From Sedimentisphaerales bacterium (GTDB lineage: Bacteria; Planctomycetota; Phycisphaerae; Sedimentisphaerales; SM23-30): DNA of 64,000 nt. Shown here one piece after another: positions 58,878 to 64,000 of this stretch. A model generated the notes under the pieces. It saw only the letters and a list, made by a program, of their open reading frames with translations, ran no database searches and had not been told where the DNA came from. Position 1 is the stretch's first letter; each line of letters begins with the position of its first letter. The stretch covers positions 31,875 to 95,874 of the forward strand of contig JAFGSR010000168.1 in assembly GCA_016934515.1 (NCBI GenBank), written 5' to 3'. The translations under genes and the position numbers were made by a program.

Positions 58878-60644
58878 TCAGCAAATCTCATCTTCCAGGA
58901 ATGTCTTAATGCTTCGCAAAAACTCCGACGCCAGTGCTCCGTCAATCACCCGATGGTCGCTGCACAACGTCATCTTCATCATCGGCCGGATCCCGATCCC
59001 GCCCTCAATCGCCACCACCTCATCTTTCACCGCACCCACCGCCAGAATCGCACTCTCCGGCGGATTGATTATCGCCGTAAAGTTGTCCACCCCAAACATT
59101 CCTAAATTTGAAACCGTAAACGTCCCCTTACCCGCCCCGATAATTTTACCCGTCCGCGCCTCCAACGCCAGCCGCTTGGTCTCCACCGCTAGCTCCTCCC
59201 AACTACGCTTCTCCGCATTGGTCAGCACCGGCACCACCAGCCCTTCCTTCACCGCCGTCGCTACACCAACATTTATATCCGGCAGGTAAATAATTTTCTC
59301 TCCCGTAAATCGGCTGTTTACCGCCGGATAATGTGTCAATGCATTGGCCACCGCTTTTATCACCAGGTCGTTCACCGAAATTTTGGTGCCGTTTTCCCGG
59401 CCCTGGTTAATCTCCTTACGGAACGCCATTGCCCGCTTCATGTCAACCGACATCGTTACATTAAAGTGCGGCACGTCGCGACTGCTCATCTGCAGGTTCA
59501 TTCCGATCGCTCGTCGCATCTTTGTAACTACCACTTCCGTGCCCGGCTGCGGTTGATCAGGTGCCGGTCCAGCCGCAACTGCCTCAGCCGTCACTGCCTT
59601 GCCCGTCGCTCCGGCAAAGTTCTGCACATCATCTCCCACAATCCGCCCGCCCGCGCCGGTCCCCTTGACCAGCCGCAAATCCACACCCGATTCACTTGCC
59701 AACTTTCTCGCTCTCGGCGACGCCATTACCCGACCACCGTCCAACAACACCGCCTGAACCGTTTCCGTGCCCATCACTGCTATCCCGGTCGAACCGGTTG
59801 AACTACCGCTCGCCGCGATGGTTTCCACGTCCGCCTTAATAATTCGACCGTTCGGCCCGCTGCCCGTCACCTGCCGCAGGTCAACTCCCAGCTTGGCCGC
59901 CAGATTTTTCGCCACCGGCGATGCCATAATCCGCCCGCCCGCATCAGTTGAAACCGCCGCTGGTGCTGCCGCCGCCGACACCGTACTCGACGCCATCCCG
60001 CTGATACCGCTCGCCTGACCTGCCGCATCACCAATTTTCGTCCCCGACGGCCCTACAAACCCCACCACCTTACCCACCGGCACCATATCATTTTCCACGT
60101 GTAGCTGCTTCAGCAAAACGCCTTCGCCGACCGACTCCACTTCAATTACCGATTTATCCGTCTCGACCTCCAGCACCACTTCAGACTTCACCACCGCATC
60201 GCCAACCGATTTCAACCACTTGACCACCCGTACTTCTTCGGTCGTCTGATCCGGAATCGGTACCTTCACTTCACTGACACCCGCCGGCACAGCACTTGCA
60301 GCAGTTACCACTGACGGACTCCCAGCCGATTCCGCAGTTTGCGATTTCGATCCAACTGCCGTTGCCGCAGCCCCAGCAGACTTCGCTGACGAACTCACCT
60401 TCTCACCTGCTGCGCCGACAAAACCAACCACTTTGCCCACCGGAACCATATCATTCTCCGCGTGCAACTGTTCCAGCAACACCCCTTCGCCGACCGACTC
60501 CACCTCAATTACCGATTTGTCCGTCTCGACCTCCAGCACCACTTCACCATTCGCCACCGCTTCCCCGGGTGCCTTCATCCATTTGACAATTCGTACTTCT
60601 TCCGTCGTCTGATCCGGTATCGGTATCTTAATTTCCGTTGCCAT
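58878..60644 (-). CDS. 2-oxoacid dehydrogenase E2 (two lipoyl domains, two E3-binding domains)
   Basis: ETDKSV x2; ASPVAK/ASPRAR...GRI; GTFTVSNLG, INPPE, DHRVIDG. Confidence 0.93.
   Translation of the reverse strand: MATEIKIPIPDQTTEEVRIVKWMKAPGEAVANGEVVLEVETDKSVIEVESVGEGVLLEQLHAENDMVPVGKVVGFVGAAGEKVSSSAKSAGAAATAVGSKSQTAESAGSPSVVTAASAVPAGVSEVKVPIPDQTTEEVRVVKWLKSVGDAVVKSEVVLEVETDKSVIEVESVGEGVLLKQLHVENDMVPVGKVVGFVGPSGTKIGDAAGQASGISGMASSTVSAAAAPAAVSTDAGGRIMASPVAKNLAAKLGVDLRQVTGSGPNGRIIKADVETIAASGSSTGSTGIAVMGTETVQAVLLDGGRVMASPRARKLASESGVDLRLVKGTGAGGRIVGDDVQNFAGATGKAVTAEAVAAGPAPDQPQPGTEVVVTKMRRAIGMNLQMSSRDVPHFNVTMSVDMKRAMAFRKEINQGRENGTKISVNDLVIKAVANALTHYPAVNSRFTGEKIIYLPDINVGVATAVKEGLVVPVLTNAEKRSWEELAVETKRLALEARTGKIIGAGKGTFTVSNLGMFGVDNFTAIINPPESAILAVGAVKDEVVAIEGGIGIRPMMKMTLCSDHRVIDGALASEFLRSIKTFLEDEIC
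60050..60635 (-). repeat. Internal duplication of the lipoyl-domain coding sequence in E2
   Basis: KxPIPDQTTEEVR...VGKVVGFVG occurs twice with near-identical DNA (approx. 60050-60270 and 60415-60635). Confidence 0.8.
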
Positions 60645-60711
60645 TAATCTTGTTCGCTCCTGAAAAATCCCGTTCGTCATTAATTTGTCATTCGAGCTTC
60701 GTCATTATTTC

Positions 60712-62979
60712 TTACGCCTTGCCCAACATCGCCAGTACCGCAGCGCTGATCTTCTCCGCGTTAGGCATATTCTCCGCTTCCAGAGTCGGCGCCATCGGCG
60801 GTGGCACTTCACAAGCCGCAACCAGTTCAATCGGCGCATCCAGATAATCGAACGCCTTCTTCTGAATCTGATTGATAATATGTTCGCCAAAACAGCCCGT
60901 CCCCGGCGCCTGCGAAACCACGCAGCCGTAATTTGTCTTCTTGATCGACTCGATTATCGTCTCCACATCCAACGGTATCAGGCTTCTGACATCGATAACT
61001 TCCGCGTCCACTCCCTTGCCCGCCAGTATCTCCGCCGCCTTGGCCGCTTCCAATGCCAGATACGAATAAGCCATAATCGTAACATCCGCACCTTCCCGAC
61101 GAATCGCCGCCTTACCAAACGGCACCAGATGTTCTCCTTCCGGCACAACACCGCGGTCGCCGTACAGCAACTGATGCTCAATGAAAATCACCGGATTGTC
61201 ATCCCGAATCGCCGTCTTCAGCATCCCTTTAACATCCGCCGGCGTCGAAGGCACCACCACTTTCAGACCCGGTATCTGCGTCGCAATCGCTTCCAGACTT
61301 TGCGAGTGCTGGCCGGCGTAACCTTTACCGCCCCCGATCGTCGTCCGGCAAACCATCGGTATCACCGCTTTGCCACCGAACATATACTTGTTTTTCGCCG
61401 CCTGATTACCCAACTGGTCCATCGCCATCGGCATGAAATCAATATACATCAACTCGCAAACCGGCCGCATCCCCGTCATCGCCATCCCCACCGCCGAACC
61501 ACAGATTGCCACCTCTGATATCGCGGTGTTGAACACTCGCTCACCCCCGAATATCTCATACAGCCCCGCCGTCGCCGCAAACGCTCCACCGTGTTCCGCC
61601 ACGTCTTCACCATAAAACACCACCCGCTTGTCCCGCAGCATCTCTTCGGTCATCGCTTCCAACACCGCCCGCCGGTAGGGCATGCTACCCTTATTATCCC
61701 GATAATTCTGAATCGCATCAGCGTTGTAATCCTTCGTCGCCAGATCCGCCGAAATCCCGTCACTGGTTGAATCGCTGTACAAACCTTCATAAATCGTCGA
61801 AGCTTCCGGATAAGCACTATTCGCCGCCGCAATGGTGATTTGCTCCATCTCCGCGTAAACCCGCTTCTCAGTGTCCTCCACCTCTTGCGGTTCCATAACT
61901 CCCGACTTGACCAACTCCTGCTTAATTTGCCCGATCGCGTCTTCACACTTCCAGGCTTCAATCTCTTCTTCACTACGATACTTATTCTGATCGCTCAATG
62001 AATGGCCCATGTAACGGTAAGTCTTCACCTCCAGCAGCACCGGACCTTCACCCTTGCGACAAATCTCCGCCGCCCGTGCCACCGCGTCACGCACCGCCAG
62101 CACATCCATGCCGTTAACCACTTCCGCATGCATCCCCTTCTCGTTGTAAGCCCAGCCCCGCCGCGCCAGATAATCGATCCCCGTAACTTCGCCCGTACTG
62201 CGACCGGTCATCCCGAAACCATTGTTCTCAATATAAAAAATCACCGGCACGCCCCGCTCAAACTGACCCATGCACGCCATGTTCAGCGATTCGCAGAATA
62301 CCCCGTTGTTACTCGCCCCGTCACCAAAGAAACATAACGTTACCCGATCCTTTTTCTGCAGCATCATCGAAATCCCCGCCCCAGTAGCAATCGGAATACT
62401 CCCGCCCACAATCGCGTTGGCGCCCAGGTGCCCCACGTTGAAATCGGCAATGTGCATTCCGCCGCCACGCCCCCGGCAGTAACCCTCTTCCTTGCCCATG
62501 AACTCCGTCATCGTCCGGTACATGTGCACGTCCAGCGCCTGGCCCAGCAACGTCTTTTTATCACTTTTGTAACTCACCTCAGCGATAAAACTATTCAACT
62601 GCTTATCGTTCATCTCCCGCAGCGCAAAAGCACTCTTGGCGATCCCGTGCCCGTGTCCGCGATGGCTGCTCGTAATGTAGTCGTCCGCCTTCAATGCCGC
62701 GTTCGCTCCCACCGCCGACGCTTCCTGACCGATCGACAGGTGCGTCGCCCCGGAAAACCGATACCCTTCAAAAGGCACCAACTCACCGCTACGCAGTTTC
62801 ACGATCATCGTCTCAAACGCCCGAATCGCCAACATCTGCTCGTAAAGGAAAATCGCATCCTTTTTCGTCATACCGCCCTTGAGTTCTTGCGCAAGCGATT
62901 TGTTGTATTGAAAACAGGGTACCTCACCAAAAGTAAGTTTTTTAGGCTTGAAATCCGGACACTGAATCAAATTTTTCAT
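60712..62979 (-). CDS. Fused E1 alpha/beta 2-oxoacid (pyruvate/acetoin-type) dehydrogenase
   Basis: HLSIGQEA, HRGHGH, GGGMH, GDGASNNG...ENN (TPP), GEDVA, AISE, QHSQ. Confidence 0.92.
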   Translation of the reverse strand: MKNLIQCPDFKPKKLTFGEVPCFQYNKSLAQELKGGMTKKDAIFLYEQMLAIRAFETMIVKLRSGELVPFEGYRFSGATHLSIGQEASAVGANAALKADDYITSSHRGHGHGIAKSAFALREMNDKQLNSFIAEVSYKSDKKTLLGQALDVHMYRTMTEFMGKEEGYCRGRGGGMHIADFNVGHLGANAIVGGSIPIATGAGISMMLQKKDRVTLCFFGDGASNNGVFCESLNMACMGQFERGVPVIFYIENNGFGMTGRSTGEVTGIDYLARRGWAYNEKGMHAEVVNGMDVLAVRDAVARAAEICRKGEGPVLLEVKTYRYMGHSLSDQNKYRSEEEIEAWKCEDAIGQIKQELVKSGVMEPQEVEDTEKRVYAEMEQITIAAANSAYPEASTIYEGLYSDSTSDGISADLATKDYNADAIQNYRDNKGSMPYRRAVLEAMTEEMLRDKRVVFYGEDVAEHGGAFAATAGLYEIFGGERVFNTAISEVAICGSAVGMAMTGMRPVCELMYIDFMPMAMDQLGNQAAKNKYMFGGKAVIPMVCRTTIGGGKGYAGQHSQSLEAIATQIPGLKVVVPSTPADVKGMLKTAIRDDNPVIFIEHQLLYGDRGVVPEGEHLVPFGKAAIRREGADVTIMAYSYLALEAAKAAEILAGKGVDAEVIDVRSLIPLDVETIIESIKKTNYGCVVSQAPGTGCFGEHIINQIQKKAFDYLDAPIELVAACEVPPPMAPTLEAENMPNAEKISAAVLAMLGKA

Positions 62980-63208
62980 TCTCGTTAACTCTCCAATTCC
63001 TTAATTTTGTCACTTTCGCGGTCAAAAATACCGCATCATTCTGCGGCTCCCATTTCCAGGCTACAAAACCGCTTTTCGCCAAACAATAATAACTCCTATC
63101 CAATCACAGTCAATCAAAACATCAATTCTACCAAATCTGCAATATTTGTCAATAATATTGCAAAAAAACTGGCATATTTTGCAAAATTAGCTTATAATTA
63201 AGCACGTA

Positions 63209-63979
63209 ATGAGACAAAGACAGCAAAAAATCCTGGCTCACGTTCAAAAAGTCGGCGTATCTTCCCTGACTGAATTGGCGCAAATGTTTAGCGTATCAGA
63301 ATTTACCATTCGACGCGACATCGATTACCTCTCCCAGGCCCGCTTACTGGTCAAGGTAAAGGGCGGTGCCCAGCGCATCGAAACGCCCACCCATTTCCGC
63401 GAAGCTCACCTCCCCAGCAGAATGCAGATTAACCTGGCCGAAAAGGAAAAAATCGCCGCCAAAGCACTCGAGTTCATCCACCCCGGCGACACCATCTTCC
63501 TCGACGGCTCCAGCACCATCACCTGTTTCGCCCGCGCCCTCGCCGGTTGCTGCCGTGACATCACCGTCGTCACCAATTCCATCCTGGTTACGCTTGAGCT
63601 TTCCGAAGCCAACGAAATCCGCGTCATTGGCCTGGGCGGCATCTTCGATAACGAAACCTTCTCCTACGTCGGGTTCGACGTCGATCTCTCCCCGGAATCC
63701 TTCCACGTTGACAAAGCTTTTTTCTCCTGCACCGGCTTCGTTCCCGAACAGGGCACCTTCGAAAACGCCGCCTTCAATCGCAACACCAAACGGCTCATGG
63801 CTATGTGGGCCGAAAAAGTCTTCCTACTAATCGATTCATCAAAATTCGGAAAACGCGCCCTCGCCGGGGTACTCGACACCGATCAGATCGATACCGTTAT
63901 CACCGATAAAATTCAATCACCACAAATCATCAACTCATTGAAAAATCACCTCGTCAAACTCATCTCCACCGATAAATAA
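63209..63979 (+). CDS. DeoR/GlpR family transcriptional regulator
   Basis: LAQMFSVSEFTIRRDI, IFLDGSST, VVTNS, DSSKFG. Confidence 0.95.
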   Translation: MRQRQQKILAHVQKVGVSSLTELAQMFSVSEFTIRRDIDYLSQARLLVKVKGGAQRIETPTHFREAHLPSRMQINLAEKEKIAAKALEFIHPGDTIFLDGSSTITCFARALAGCCRDITVVTNSILVTLELSEANEIRVIGLGGIFDNETFSYVGFDVDLSPESFHVDKAFFSCTGFVPEQGTFENAAFNRNTKRLMAMWAEKVFLLIDSSKFGKRALAGVLDTDQIDTVITDKIQSPQIINSLKNHLVKLISTDK

Positions 63980-64000
63980 TTGACTTGTTGGGCGGCTAAC

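Overview
Two parts. (1) 1-~37433 is the right-hand part of a siphovirus-like prophage of the kind seen in Planctomycetota; its left end and integrase lie outside the window. It holds a ParB / glycosyltransferase / RarA-C / MoxR-AAA module, terminase, portal, protease-capsid fusion, tail genes and tape measure. Next comes an accessory block: a 17-repeat type I-E CRISPR array and cas8e-cas11-cas7-cas5(HNH fusion)-cas6e-cas1-cas2 with NO cas3, then a PEP-CTERM gene, a 1134-aa secreted protein and a small HTH gene. The element ends at a tRNA-Pro(CGG) cut at its anticodon loop. (2) ~37434-64000 is host DNA resembling Phycisphaerae: rsmB, fmt, a HEAT-repeat protein, a 4203-aa LEPR-xLL/metzincin surface protein, a corrinoid protein, a precorrin-2 dehydrogenase, E2 and fused E1 of a 2-oxoacid dehydrogenase, and a DeoR regulator. 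The main finding is the prophage-borne Cas5-HNH 'HNH-Cascade'. It appears to have overwritten an older type I-C locus in place: a Cas3-like 'FYAHS' stub precedes cas8e, and a hybrid I-E/I-C repeat plus a relic I-C repeat sit at the trailer end of the array. The cassette is bracketed by 64-bp direct repeats, and two spacers read as DNA-methyltransferase motifs. All calls come from reading motifs by eye; no database searches were run.
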